Below, piece by piece: positions 11,007 to 23,032 of a stretch of 64,000 bases of DNA. Origin of the DNA: Utricularia gibba (taxonomy: Eukaryota > Plantae > Magnoliophyta). Location of the stretch: the NCBI GenBank assembly GCA_002189035.1, contig CM007990.1, positions 5,518,001 to 5,582,000 of the forward strand. Reading direction: 5' to 3'. A model generated the notes under the pieces. It was not told the DNA's origin, did no database searches, and worked only from the letters and a program-made list of their open reading frames with translations. The translations under genes were made by a program, and so were the position numbers. Numbering within the stretch: the stretch's first letter is position 1; each line of letters opens with the position of its first letter.

Positions 11007-12724
11007 ATGGCGCATGTGGGTCCTCCTGGATTGGGAACTGTCTTCCACCCTCAACAGGGGGAATCAACACGGCACTTCCGCCCGAGGTTCATTCATCTGC
11101 TGATGTGATTCCTTTTCTTGATTGAATTGGGCTGTTTTTATTTGGTGGTTGAACAAGATTTGTCTCTCTGTTCTTTTCTTGATTCAGTGGATTGGCGCAT
11201 TAATGTTTCAGGAATTGAACAGTCTTCTCATCAATCGGGGATCCAGTATACATTTGGCGAATCCACATTTCAGTCTACAGTGGAAAGAAGATTCTGTGTT
11301 TAGTAGCAGGGGGTTATTGGAGTGTAATAAGTTGATGATGATCGATTCAAGCACCAGAAGTTCATTTCTTGCCAATGTTCAAGGTTTGCTCGTTCTCTCT
11401 GTGGGTGGATTTCACGCCATGTTTGCATATTTTGGGTGATCCCATTGTACTAGAAAGGGACGTTGTGTAGTGATGCTAAGTAGAAGTTTGCTTGCACCCA
11501 TGTCGATAGTAGCGTGAACGGTGTCGTGATGGGACTTCTGTTTTGAGGGCAGGTACCCAACTGGAAATGCTTCTATTTGGTTTTAATGTTGCAAAACAGT
11601 GTAACAGACAAGAGGGTATTTTGAACTTGATGGCATCTGGGTCCAAGGGGAAAGAAAGCAGCTTTCAAGATCTACTCTGGGATACGGGCTCTCAACAACC
11701 TGCATTGCATCTTCCGTTGCTATCTTGTGCTTCCCCGACGATTCGCTGGTGCTTTACAGAGGCTGAATCTGAATGGTTGTCGCTTGCATATCCTGCCAGG
11801 GATAAGCATTTTCTGGAAGCTTGTAACTGTAAGGAAAGCTTGCTTCTTCACCCTGATGGCCAACATATGCATAATTGCTCTGAGAGTGTACGGCACCACC
11901 TTAATGCCCTGCTTTCTGCAAACTCCCAACTTCAGTTGCCGAAAAACGCAACACAGAACAAGCCCAGGCATCTGGCGATGCTGGTGCCGTACTTTGAGAG
12001 GTATCATCTCTTCTTAGTATCATCTATTCACTTAAATTTCAGCGGATCATGCAATTGAAAACTTGTCTGCTTCTGCTTGTCAGTCGAAGAAGTGCACGGT
12101 CCAGGAGAGGTGTTACATCAGACATCAAGGCTGCAAAAACTAAAAAGGCCAAGAGGGAAGCAAGAACGTGAGTCCTTCAAAATGAACTTTTATCATCTTT
12201 GTATGCTGCTTCATCGATCATATCACTTCAACGCATTTGCTGCCTCCCTGTCACAGCGAGGCGAAGGCTACCAGAATCAGTGAAGACAGGGAAATATACC
12301 CCAATACCTATCTTCATGCGTTCGATTGCCTTCTTTCCGTGGTCGTTCATCGAAAGCAGCCAGACAAAGGTGCAACACTCTCCCTGAGGAAGTCTGGCTC
12401 TCAGATGCTGATGGACATCACTGCCAGCATTGCCGGTACCGGCATCGCTGTTCTTCTTTCAGTCGTCTATGGAGTAATGGGTAGAGGGTTGCCGTTCTGT
12501 TACCCAGAATCCTGAGCGCCGGATTTGGACTGGGTCTCGTCTGGTTCGCCTCGGCGCTTATCAACCTGAGAGGTACTTTAATGTCCATCTGCAGATCTTC
12601 CGGTGGTGCGGGTGGTCGTTTAGAGAAATCAATCAGTTCCCATTTGGACAGCAATGTGAAAGACATACGTTTCCGAGCAGCAGTCCTCTTGGGCATTGCG
12701 TTCCTCGCAGTCGGCTTGATTTGA
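11007..12724 (+). CDS. Uncharacterised plant-specific protein with C-terminal hydrophobic segments; about 5 exons, frameshift at 12503-12505 and possibly at 11057-11061
   Basis: Proposed exons 11007-11086, 11212-11383, 11553-12000, 12084-12167 and 12257-12724. Motifs LFGFNVAKQC, LHPDG, MLVPYFER, YLHAFDCLLS, LSLRKSG, SIAGTGIAVLLSVV, LSAGFGLGLVW, FRAAVLL match an uncharacterised plant family I recognise from recall. The exon 1 to exon 2 phase mismatch is unresolved. Confidence 0.75.
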
Positions 12725-13450
12725 CTCCTCTCCGCCGGCATAGAGTAACTGTCTTCTCCGGTTCACTCCACCTTCTATGTATAATTTTTTTTAATATTTT
12801 TTAATTACTGAAATTGTAATAAAAAGACAATTCTAATTTTGTTTCGCATTAACTGAACTATTTCCCAAAATAATTACAGGGTAAAAATAATGGTTTCTTT
12901 CTCAACTCCTGCAAGAGTGGTTAATGCGGGTGTTACAGTTTGGGTTTGGGACAAGGTTGGGGGAGGAGGAGTTGACGATGGGTATGGCGTAGATGACAGA
13001 TGTCAACGTATGTCTTAAAGGGTAATGAATGGGTGTGGTGGTTAAGCTGCTGATGAAGAAGAAGAAGAGGGTCCATGGTTCCATAAAGGGGAAGACGGCG
13101 ACGGGCAATGAATTCTTTTGACGAAAACGCCGTTTCTCGGCTGTGGGTTTTATCTCGGAGATAAATGGCTCCGTTGAAAAAGATGTGCACGTTTGCATTC
13201 CAAAACGGCTCTAATTTATTTAAGGGTGGAGTTCCGTTGAGTCAAAGACTGCGGTGCGCCGTGCGTTGATTGATTTGCGTCCAAGTGGTGGTGGGGGTGG
13301 GTGATTCCGAACTCTCCACTTGTATTTGTATTTATTCAGATTCTTTGTTTCTTTCGATGATTGCGTTTTCTGTACGACGCAGAAAGCTTCCTTTTTTTCC
13401 GCCATTTCCAACTAGGAAGGGATTGAGGGAGGGAGGGCAAGGGGAGAGCT

Positions 13451-14706
13451 ATGGAGTTTGTGGGGCAACTGCAGAGACAATTTGTCCAGTTCTTACGTTC
13501 TCTGTTCGATGAGGTAAGTTTAAAAAAATTGCTAGTTTTCAACCCACCCCCCCGTTGCTGCCTTGTCCCTGTTTGTCAATCTTTGCTTTCTACCTAATTT
13601 CATTTATGCTCTCTGGGACAACTCAACGCCAACTCTCTTCTTTCTGTGAAAAATGGAAAGGGTTTTCTGGACGATCAGTTTCAGCAACTCCAGAAGCTTC
13701 AAGATGACAGCAACCCAGATTTCGTTCTTGAAGTTGTGTCACTTTTCTTTGAAGATTCCGAGAAGCTTTTGAACAACATGTCGATTGCTCTGTAGGCGCC
13801 TGCTCTCTGCCCCTTCTTCATCTCTTTGATTCTTTGTTAACCAACCCCCTTTGTCTCAATTTCCTTTTGCAGTCAGCAGCAGATTGTGGATTTTAAGCAG
13901 GTTGACTCCTACGTTCATCAGTTCAAAGGCAGCAGTTCCAGGTTAATATAAAATGCCTTTTCCCTCTTCATGAACTCCTTTGTTTGAGGAGGTGGAGCCA
14001 AAACAAGAAAGGACATTTGTTTTCGTTCCTTGTTTTGGTGTTGGCCTACTTCTGCTATCACCATCAACCCCCACTCATTGCTTTGGATTACATGCCTAGA
14101 GTTTCTACCTAACCTTCACTGTAAACATTAAAAAATAATACTGGTTTTATTTGTCTTTGTCATCAGCATAGGCGCACAAAGGGTGAAGAACATGTGTGTG
14201 CACTTAAGGAGCTTCTGTGAAGAGCAGAACCTTGAGAGGTGAGCTTCTCCTTATTCCTACTGAGCTTACACCACCAAACATAAGAACGATTCGACATACA
14301 AAAACCCGAAAACGATCAGTTAGAAACCAGATTACTCTTCTATTCAACAAGGGTGAGATTGATTGAAACCTGATGAAACTAGCTGAGTTTGCTTCATTCT
14401 ATGATCATCAGAAGCTTTGCTTTTTGGTGCAGAATGTGTTACAACATAACTCTCCCATTGTGTGTCAAGGTTACTGCCTATTGAAACCTGAAGAATCAGT
14501 CTTGTTTTACACAGGTGTTTGATGTGTTTCCAACAAGTGAAACACGAGTACTACGTTGTGAAGAACAAGCTGGAAACTTTGTTCAGGGTAAGTGCTGGTA
14601 TCCTTCTTGAGCTAGTTTTGGGATGCCGGTTTTTACCATTAGCTGTTGAATGCAGCTCGAGCGACAGATCGTGGAAGCCGGAGGGACGGTTCCGTTTATC
14701 GCATAG
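13451..14706 (+). CDS. AHP: Histidine-containing phosphotransfer protein (HPt, cytokinin phosphorelay), 6 exons
   Basis: Exons 13451-13513, 13661-13791, 13873-13941, 14167-14238, 14515-14587 and 14656-14706 give [11 protein letters not shown]...[22 protein letters not shown]...[20 protein letters not shown]...[16 protein letters not shown]. The phospho-acceptor His (HQxKGSSxS) is intact. Confidence 0.95.
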
Positions 14707-15072
14707 TTGTGACCGGTGGCTGGATCACTCAGCTGAGCTTCTTGCCAGATCCAGCGAAGAAACCCCACAGAAGAATGGACACAAGTTTGGTCTGATTGAC
14801 TCTTGTTGATTCCACTGATGTAGTTGCTGTTTCCTTTCTTTCTTCTACTGTCTGCACCAGACACGCTTTTAACATGTTTCTTAGGATTAAATGGGCTTTT
14901 CTAGTGGGCTTGTTATTCCTTACTGATAAGTGCCATCGTGGGCGGGCTTCCCTAAGGCCCATGTTTAGTGTGGGGCCCGCTCAGAACCTAGTCGTCGTGT
15001 TCCACGTAGGCTCGGAAGACCGTTGCGACTCCACGACCCGAGGCAACTATCCCATTCCGCCCCCTCTGCCAC

Positions 15073-15098
15073 CTTCTTCTTCTTCTTCTTCTTCTTCT
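15073..15098. repeat. (CTT)8 microsatellite upstream of the LRR gene
   Basis: Read directly from the sequence. Confidence 0.9.
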
Positions 15099-15299
15099 GG
15101 GTGCTGAGATCGCATGTATTGCGACATCTTTTGTCTTGTAGTTTCGTTGTCGGAGCTCAGAGGCCGCAAGTATATATATGTAATAAACGTCTCCGTTCCC
15201 TGTTCTGCTCTCCCGCCCGTTGCCTAGGAAACCTTTTCTTTCCTCTGGAACTGAGAACCCCTGTTTTAGTTCTTGCTTCCTTCTTTCTGCACGATGAAA

Positions 15300-16511
15300 A
15301 TGGCGAGAGTGAGAATAAGAGCGCTTTACAGGCTTCTCATATTTTCACATTTCGTCTTCTTGTTTCAAGGAGGGGCTGGTATACTGAACCCCATGGATTT
15401 CCTGGCACTCCAAGCCATCAAAAAGAGCTTACACGATTTACCCGGATCTCTGTTTTTCGCCTCGTGGGACTTCATTTCCGATCCTTGTAACTTCACCGGA
15501 GTTTACTGCGACGGTGATAGGGTTATCACGCTTAATCTCGGTGATTCTCGTGCTGGGTCCCCAGGTTTGACGGGCCGGATTGACCCAGCAATTGGGAGGT
15601 TAACGGCTCTGTCGGAACTCACGTTAGTCCCTGGGAGGGTCTTCGGGAGGCTCCCGGAGAGTTTTTCAGAGTTGAAATCGTTGAGATTTTTGGTGGTTAA
15701 GGGAAATTTTATCTCCGGTAGGATTCCGGCGAGTTTGGGTCAGCTTCAGGGGCTGGAAACTCTTGATTTGAGCTGCAATCGCTTTTCTGGGATGATCCCA
15801 TTCTCCATCGGAACGCTACCGGCATTATCCAATTTCATCGTTTCTCACAACAATTTGAGCGGCCCAGTTCCCCGTTTCGTCTCCCAGTCGCTGACTCGTC
15901 TCGATTTGTCGCACAACAGTCTCAGCGGACCACTTCCTCCGAACGGCCTTCCTGCGTCTCTCCAGTACTTGTCGCTGTCGTGGAACCGTCTCTCGGGTCA
16001 AGTGTACCGGCCCCTCTCCGTTTTACACCAGTTGATCTACGTGGACCTGAGCGCGAATCGATTCTCCGGTGCAATCCCCGCCGTTTTGTTCAGCTTCCCG
16101 TTACAGAGTCTCCAGCTTCAAAGGAACCAGTTGTACGGGGAAGTGCATCCAGTCGGCCTAGTGGCCATTCCGACGGTGGACTTGAGCTTCAACCGGTTCT
16201 ACGGCGAGATTTCACCGATGTTTTCGACGGTTCAGAATCTGTACCTCAACAACAACCGGTTCAGTGGCCCTGTTCCGAGCTGCTTGGTGCAGAAATTGTT
16301 GAACTCCAACATCCAGACGCTGTACTTACAGCACAACTTCTTAACCGGGATCGAGATTAGTCCGGCGGCGGAGATCCCTCAGAGCTCCGCCGTGTGTTTG
16401 TATTACAACTGCTTGGTGCTCCCGTTGGACACTCCTTGCCCTTGGAAAGCTGGCCGTGACAGGGCAAGACCGGTCTCACAATGCACTTCAGCGGAAAGGG
16501 TAAATCCGTAA
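15300..16511 (+). CDS. Secreted leucine-rich-repeat protein (plant extracellular LRR, no TM or kinase domain), intronless
   Basis: Hydrophobic leader, LRR N-cap DFLALQAIKKSL...SWDFISDPCNFTGVYC, repeated LxxLxLSxNxLSGxIP, C-terminal Cys cap CLYYNCL...CPWKAG...SQC. The start could be ATG 15294 or 15300. Confidence 0.9.
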   Translation: MARVRIRALYRLLIFSHFVFLFQGGAGILNPMDFLALQAIKKSLHDLPGSLFFASWDFISDPCNFTGVYCDGDRVITLNLGDSRAGSPGLTGRIDPAIGRLTALSELTLVPGRVFGRLPESFSELKSLRFLVVKGNFISGRIPASLGQLQGLETLDLSCNRFSGMIPFSIGTLPALSNFIVSHNNLSGPVPRFVSQSLTRLDLSHNSLSGPLPPNGLPASLQYLSLSWNRLSGQVYRPLSVLHQLIYVDLSANRFSGAIPAVLFSFPLQSLQLQRNQLYGEVHPVGLVAIPTVDLSFNRFYGEISPMFSTVQNLYLNNNRFSGPVPSCLVQKLLNSNIQTLYLQHNFLTGIEISPAAEIPQSSAVCLYYNCLVLPLDTPCPWKAGRDRARPVSQCTSAERVNP

Positions 16512-17267
16512 TTCATGCCGCTATTCTATTATTTTTTATTAATTTTTGTAATTACAATTTCCAATCATTAATTACCGTTTAAATTATTTAAACATGTTTA
16601 AGAAACAATAAAAAAACACCAATTGAAGGAGCAGCCGGAGTCAACCACTAGAAAAGGTATTGACTTTTAGTCTGAATGCTCCGGCGCTACTTTTACCGTT
16701 CTTTCTGCGGCTGGAACTAGGGAATGCCCGTGCGGCCCTGATATCCCTGAACACCTCAAATGAGCCTCCTTCTGCAACGAGGGTTACAGTCAAAACCGCT
16801 TGAAAAAAAAGTCAAAGCGCGTTCTTGAGTCTGAAGTTTGAAATGGTAACGAGGAAGCGGAATCATATCTTCGAGTTCAAAATGAAAATCTTCAGCACCC
16901 CAACAAGTGAACTCGAAGATGAGCGTCGCAGGAGTTGTTGAACCCATTCCCATGGATGGACCTCCGGCGCAGTCACTGTCACAGCAGAGAGCAAACGAAT
17001 TAAGGCCCATTCTCCGGTTTATTAAAAAAATAGGGATATAAATTAAGGCCCCCCTTACTTTTTTCCCTTTCCAGTTGCGGGTCGCTTGCCACTTGAGTGC
17101 CTGTTGTGGATTCCGGCGACGTGCGAGCCTGCTTCTGCGGGGCCGCGGTTTGTTGAATTTTGTTCTTGTCGTCGTAGAAGTTGAAGTGCTTCGCATCCGG
17201 GTATCTGCTGTGATCTTGCTAGTTCCTCGGTTGATTGGTGTGGATTAGCTGTCGTCTGATCCGCTTG

Positions 17268-20200
17268 ATGGGAACAAAGCCGTGGCTTTATCCGGCCCCA
17301 GCGTATCGACCCTTGGAAAGCTTCTGGGACACTGATGACGACGCTCCGGGGCCGCGTTGTGCTCACACGCTCACTGCCGTAGCAGCAACTAAAACCCATG
17401 GACCCCGTCTCATTCTGTTCGGAGGAGCTACCGCTATTGAGGGTGGTGGTGGTGGCGCGCCTGGAATTCGTAATTGCCACTTGGGCTTCATTTTTTTGAC
17501 TTTCTGGTGCCTCGTTGCTTATTCTTCTTCTGTTTGCCCCTAGGATTGGATGGTGTGACGAATTCAGTTCATTCTTATGATGTTCTCACTAGAAAATGGA
17601 CCAGGTTTTTTTTTTTCTTTTCATTCTTCTTATATATGCCCTCTTTTTCGATTTTCCGTTTATGAACTTTGCCAAATTGGAATACTAGGATTCAGCCTGC
17701 TGGTGAACCACCATCACGTAGGGCTGCGCATGCTGCTGCTGCAGTTGGCAGCATGGTTGTTTTCCAGGTGTTGTGTTTGGGCTACAGAAACCTGAGTCAT
17801 TTTCTGAAACTATAATCATATATGAATTTTTTTTATCTGATGCACATGCTGTTCCTTACAGGGAGGAATAGGTCCCGCGGGGCTTTCGACTGATGATTTG
17901 TATGTGCTTGACATGTCAAACAATAAGTTCAAGTGGCACCGGTAAGCCTAAGAATAGTTGATACCATCGAATGGAGAGGTGTTTTTGATCAGTTTTTACA
18001 TTTTTGGAGCTCAGGGTTGTAGTTCAAGGACCGGGTCCAGGACCCAGATACGGCCATGTCATGGATTTGGTAGCGCAGAGATATCTTGTTTCTGTTAGTG
18101 GAAATGATGGTAAACCTAATTTTTTCATCAATTTATCCAGCATGTACATTTAGTTGACGAGACACGTATTCATTTAATAGGTGGAAGAGTGCTCTCTGAT
18201 GCTTGGGCGTTAGACACGGCCCAGAAACCGTATGTCTGGCAGAAACTAAATCCTGGAGGTGATAGGCCAAGTGCTCGAATGTAAGTTTGTTTGTTTACTA
18301 ACATAGAGTGTTAGAATGATTCGAGATCATCTTATCCCTGTTCAGGTTTTTTGGGTCCTGAATTGTTTTTCTTCATCAGTTAATGCAGAAAAATAGATTA
18401 CTGTTTGTATTCAGTGAATCCAATGTGTAAAGAGGTCATAGTTATTCATGCTTTATTCTGTTTCATTTGAACCTTTATCTGTATGAATTCTCAAACATTC
18501 AGTTTCAATTAAGTTTAAATATGGTCTCAATTATTTCTGTATTACAGGTATGCAACGGCTAGTGCCAGATCTGATGGAATGTTCCTACTCTGTGGTGGAA
18601 GGGACACTTCAGGAGCAGTATGACATATATACACTTTTTGTGTTATATATGATGTTTTATATTTCCCTCTTATCTTCAAAAACCTTAGTTATTTGACTAT
18701 ATATGGAACCATTTATTCGTTTTGCTGTGGATGGTGTTATGTGATCGTTGTCAATCTTCTACCATCAGCTATACTTAGCTGCTGGACACATGTCGTTTTG
18801 CAGGCACTGGGAGATGCTTACGGTCTGCTTATGCATCGGAGTGGCCAGTGGGAGTGGACTCTTGCACCAGGAGTGTCACCTTCTCCTCGGTATCAGCATG
18901 CTTCGGTAGGTGAAATATCTTAGTCTCATGTTTGCACACATCACTGCATTCATGTGGGGCTGTACTAAAACTTTTAGTTTATAGGCTCGTTATAAATTCA
19001 CTCTTTGGAATTTTTTCATGGGGTTCTGTTGGACTGTTTTTTCCATTGAATGTGTAATAAGAGATTTGCCCTAAGACACTATTCGATTAAGTGAGGTATG
19101 GCTGTATGAATTATGCATTATATGGCAGTATGGTGCTTAAAGATTGGAGTGATATTTAATTTAGCAAAGATGCGCTATGGCTCATGCAAAGCTTACAGCT
19201 CACCTTCTCAGCTTCTATATAGCTAGTATACTTTTAATTCTGTCAAAAGTGGACAATCTCCTATAGCATTCCTGCTTCTGTTTTCCAAGCTTGAAAGTTT
19301 TAGCTGTGCAGGTTTTTGTTGGTGCAAGATTGCATGTAACCGGTGGTGTTCTTAGAGGAGGAAGGGCTGTAGAATGTGATGCTGCTGTTGCTGGTAAAAT
19401 CACTTGGTTGTTAATGTTTTGCAAACTGTTTTTTCAGAATTACTCGATCCAATGGTGCACTTACTACTTTTTTTCTTTTTCGTTTGAAGTATTGGACACT
19501 GCAGCTGGAGTTTGGCTTGATGGGCATGGGCTTGTAACATCCAAGGGAAACAAAGGGCAGAGTGATGCCGATCCCTCGTTGGAAGCCATGCGTCGGTGTC
19601 GTCATGCAGCTGCATCTGTTGGGATTCGAATATATGTCTATGGTGGCTTAAGGGGAGGTAAGATTTAGTTTTTCTATAACGACATCTTGCTTCAATGGTT
19701 CATCATTCCGCTACTTGGAAAGAATGCATTTCTGATGGGAGCCAGCAACTCTTTTTTCCCCATGGAATTTTCTGGTCACCAAAGTGGACTGTATAAGCTA
19801 TTTAAATTGGAGATGATGCCATTTCAGGCGTTGATCGAATGCTCCCTAATAAACACATTCCATCCCAAGTCATTATGATCATGAATTGGGCCAGTATAAT
19901 TTTTGAGATTGTGATTAATGCTAGCATTCATGGGAAAATCTATCAGTCACGAAATGGTCATTTATCATAGAGTTTTTTCCTTGCTGCTTTTGTAGTTGAA
20001 TAATTGCATTGCATTATTGGTCTATCAGATATCCTGTTAGATGACTTTCTGGCTGCGGACAACTCCCAGTTTCAGTCTGACTCTAGTCTGGCAGTTCCAT
20101 CACCCGATAGATCCGTACTTGCTACTACACCAAGGTTGGAGACAACTTTTATAGCTCCCATTTCATCTTCAGATGAGGGTCTGATAAAATTTATTAGAAT

Positions 20201-22668
20201 CTTTGCCTGCCTCAGTTGATAAGGTTTTATTCATATTCTAAGAATCGCTGTTCTGTAGTATGGACAAGAGTTCCATGGAAAAGCTGGCTGAAGCATCTGC
20301 AGCAGAAGCTCAAGTTGCAAATGCTGTGTGGCAATCAGCTCAGGCTGCTTCAGTCTTTCCTGAAGAAACTACAGTATCCGATGGTAACTCGATGTCGGTT
20401 GAAACAACTTCTGATGGCAGTGACAATGATGCTGATGTTCGGCTGCATCCGAAAGCAGTAAGCTCTCACCAGCCCTAAGCTTCATAAAAAAATTTAACTG
20501 GAGCCACCAGACATCACTTTCCATGTTCAGGTTGTAGTTGCTAAAGAAGCTGTGGGGAACTTCGGAAGCATGGTGAGACAGTTATCCTTGGACCAATTTG
20601 ATCATGAAAGTAGGCGAATGATACCATCAGCTAATGACCTCTCAAATCCCACTAAGAAGTTTATAAGGCAACAATCCCCGCAAGGCCCACATAAGAAGGC
20701 TAGTTCATTCCCACGTTTCTGATTTGTCAAACTTCAGGACAATGCTTCGCTGGTTCTCATCTTGAATGATGGTTATTTTGCAGGTTATATCGACATTGCT
20801 AAGGCCTCAGAATTGGAAACCTCCTGTTAACAGAAAATTCTTTCTAGACTCTTATGAAATTGGTGAGCTGTGTTATGCTGCTGAACAGATTTTCATGAAT
20901 GAGCCCACGGTTCTTCAGCTGAAAGCTCCAATCAAGGTTTTTGGTGATCTTCATGGACAGTTTTGTGACCTAATGAGGCTATTTGCCGAATATGGATTTC
21001 CTTCCACTGCAGGGGATATTACGTAAACTCTGTTCCTTTACTTTCTGCACTTCTTTGATTATTTGTTTTGCATATTTTATTAGGTGTCCAATATTAAATT
21101 TAAAATCGTATATTTCGACTTTGGTCTTTACTTTCTGGTTTCTATTCTTGAGCCAAGCTAGTACATTTGTGTTTTACCTGGCCTCTTATTTTTATGGTAT
21201 CTAGGCTGATTGAAATCATTTAGATCATTCTTGTGTATGTGCTTTTTAACTGAGCTCTTGAGGAGTTTTTCTAGCCTTTCTGGGGCTCTGTTGTTAAGAC
21301 TTGTACAGAGTTTCCTTAGTTCTCTTAGCTCATAACCTCTTGGTTTATCTTCTTTCAGTTATATTGACTATCTCTTCCTGGGAGACTATGTTGATCGCGG
21401 ACAACACAGCTTGGAGACCATATGTTTGCTTCTAGCTCTCAAGGCATGCTTCTCTGCCTGATAGCGAAATGCTTTCTTTGCTGTATTTCTGTCCTGAATA
21501 GTTATTTTTCTCTGATTTTTTTGTGGATCTAGATAGAGTATCCTGAAAATGTTCACTTGATACGCGGAAACCATGAAGCTGCTGATATCAACGCCCTTTT
21601 TGGTTTTCGTATTGAATGTATCGAAAGAATGGTAGGCAACATTTCATCCATATGTTTACTTCAAGCCTTCTTCTAGTTTCTCAAGCTCTTCTACTGCCTT
21701 GGCAGGGGGAGAGTGATGGCTTGTGGGCATGGACTCGTGTTAACCAGCTATTTAATTATCTTCCTCTTGCTGCTCTGATTGAGAAAAAAATCATCTGCAT
21801 GCATGGTGGCATTGGGAGGTCCATAAACTCAGTTGAACAGATAGAGAGGCTGGAGAGACCCATTACAATGGATGCAGGCTCCATAGTCCTCATGGATTTG
21901 CTATGGTAGTCGGTTTTTGCGACGAAATTTCTAATCTTGCTACTTCTAGTTCATCATATTTCATACCTTTTGATGCATCTCAATCAGGTCTGATCCTACA
22001 GAAAATGATAGCGTACAGGGCTTGCGGCCAAATGCAAGAGGACCTGGTCTTGTAACATTTGGGGTAAGCAGCATCTATTCTTTCTGCTATTCTTCGAACG
22101 GCGTTACGCTATCGCCCCGAATTCGGTTTCTAGTTTCATGGTTGCATATCATTTGGGTGCAGCCTGATCGGGTCACTGATTTCTGCAAGAGGAACAAGCT
22201 GCAGCTTATCATCAGAGCTCATGAGTGTGTTATGGATGGCTTTGAGAGGTTTGCACAGGGGCAGCTGATCACTCTTTTCTCTGCAACTAATTACTGTGGT
22301 ATGCATTCCCTTTTTACCGCCCTTCGCCTCCTCTCCAGTTTGCTCATGTTGATTGAATGTTCCAGGAACTGCAAACAATGCTGGGGCGATATTGGTTGTT
22401 GGAAGAGGATTGGTTATTGTACCAAAACTGATCCATCCCTTGCCGCCTCCGGTTCAGTCGCCGGAGACGTCGCCGGAGCGCGTTGCAGTGGAGACGTGGA
22501 TGCAGGTATATGCCGATCTTCTTCTCCTTCACTGGTTATATATAGCTACATCATCGCTAAAACTCGGTGTGGGATCATGTTCAGGAACTGAACATCCAAA
22601 GACCTCCGACGCCCACACGGGGTCGGCCGCAACCGGAGTTCGACCGGAACTCACTTGCCTACATTTGA
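17268..22668 (+). CDS. BSL1: Kelch-repeat Ser/Thr protein phosphatase BSL1 (BSU1 family), about 21 exons
   Basis: [13 protein letters not shown]...[31 protein letters not shown] is diagnostic of BSL1. PPP motifs [37 protein letters not shown]; ends [27 protein letters not shown] (TGA 22666-22668). Two introns require GC donors. Confidence 0.95.
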
Positions 22669-22994
22669 CGACGGCGGTGCGAGTCCTATGTAGATGGGAA
22701 CGGGGATGCTGTACGGGAGAGGGCATGGCTTTGAGGAGCCATGTGGGAGCCTCTCTTCGCGTGGGCCCTACCTTTGAAGAAATTTGTATTTTATAGTTTT
22801 TTTTTTTTAAGAAGGTGTTTTTTATAGCATATTTAACAAAATCGTGTAATTTATTCGAAATTTGTAATTGAAATTGATATGATTTGTTAATTAAATTGGA
22901 AAAAAGGGTTAAGCAAGAAACTGCTATTTAGGAGGAGAAGACATCAATTGGACCCGCCCAATACAACGCGGACGAAATCAGTTCACGTCCGTAT

Positions 22995-23002
22995 AAACCC
23001 TA
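22995..23002 (+). promoter_or_regulatory. Telo-box (AAACCCTA) 30 bp upstream of the UTP15 ATG
   Basis: Exact AAACCCTA; telo-boxes are typical of ribosome-biogenesis and translation gene leaders (established). Confidence 0.6.
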
Positions 23003-23032
23003 CCGTCTCCGCCGTCCTCCGCTCCGGGTACA

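Noticed and set aside
13873-13941. Pseudo-HPt (AHP6-type inhibitor)
   Set aside because: The phospho-acceptor His is present ([10 protein letters not shown]).
16756-17196. 146-aa minus-strand ORF upstream of BSL1
   Set aside because: No recognisable domain, low-complexity composition, non-ATG start, and it overlaps the BSL1 promoter/leader.
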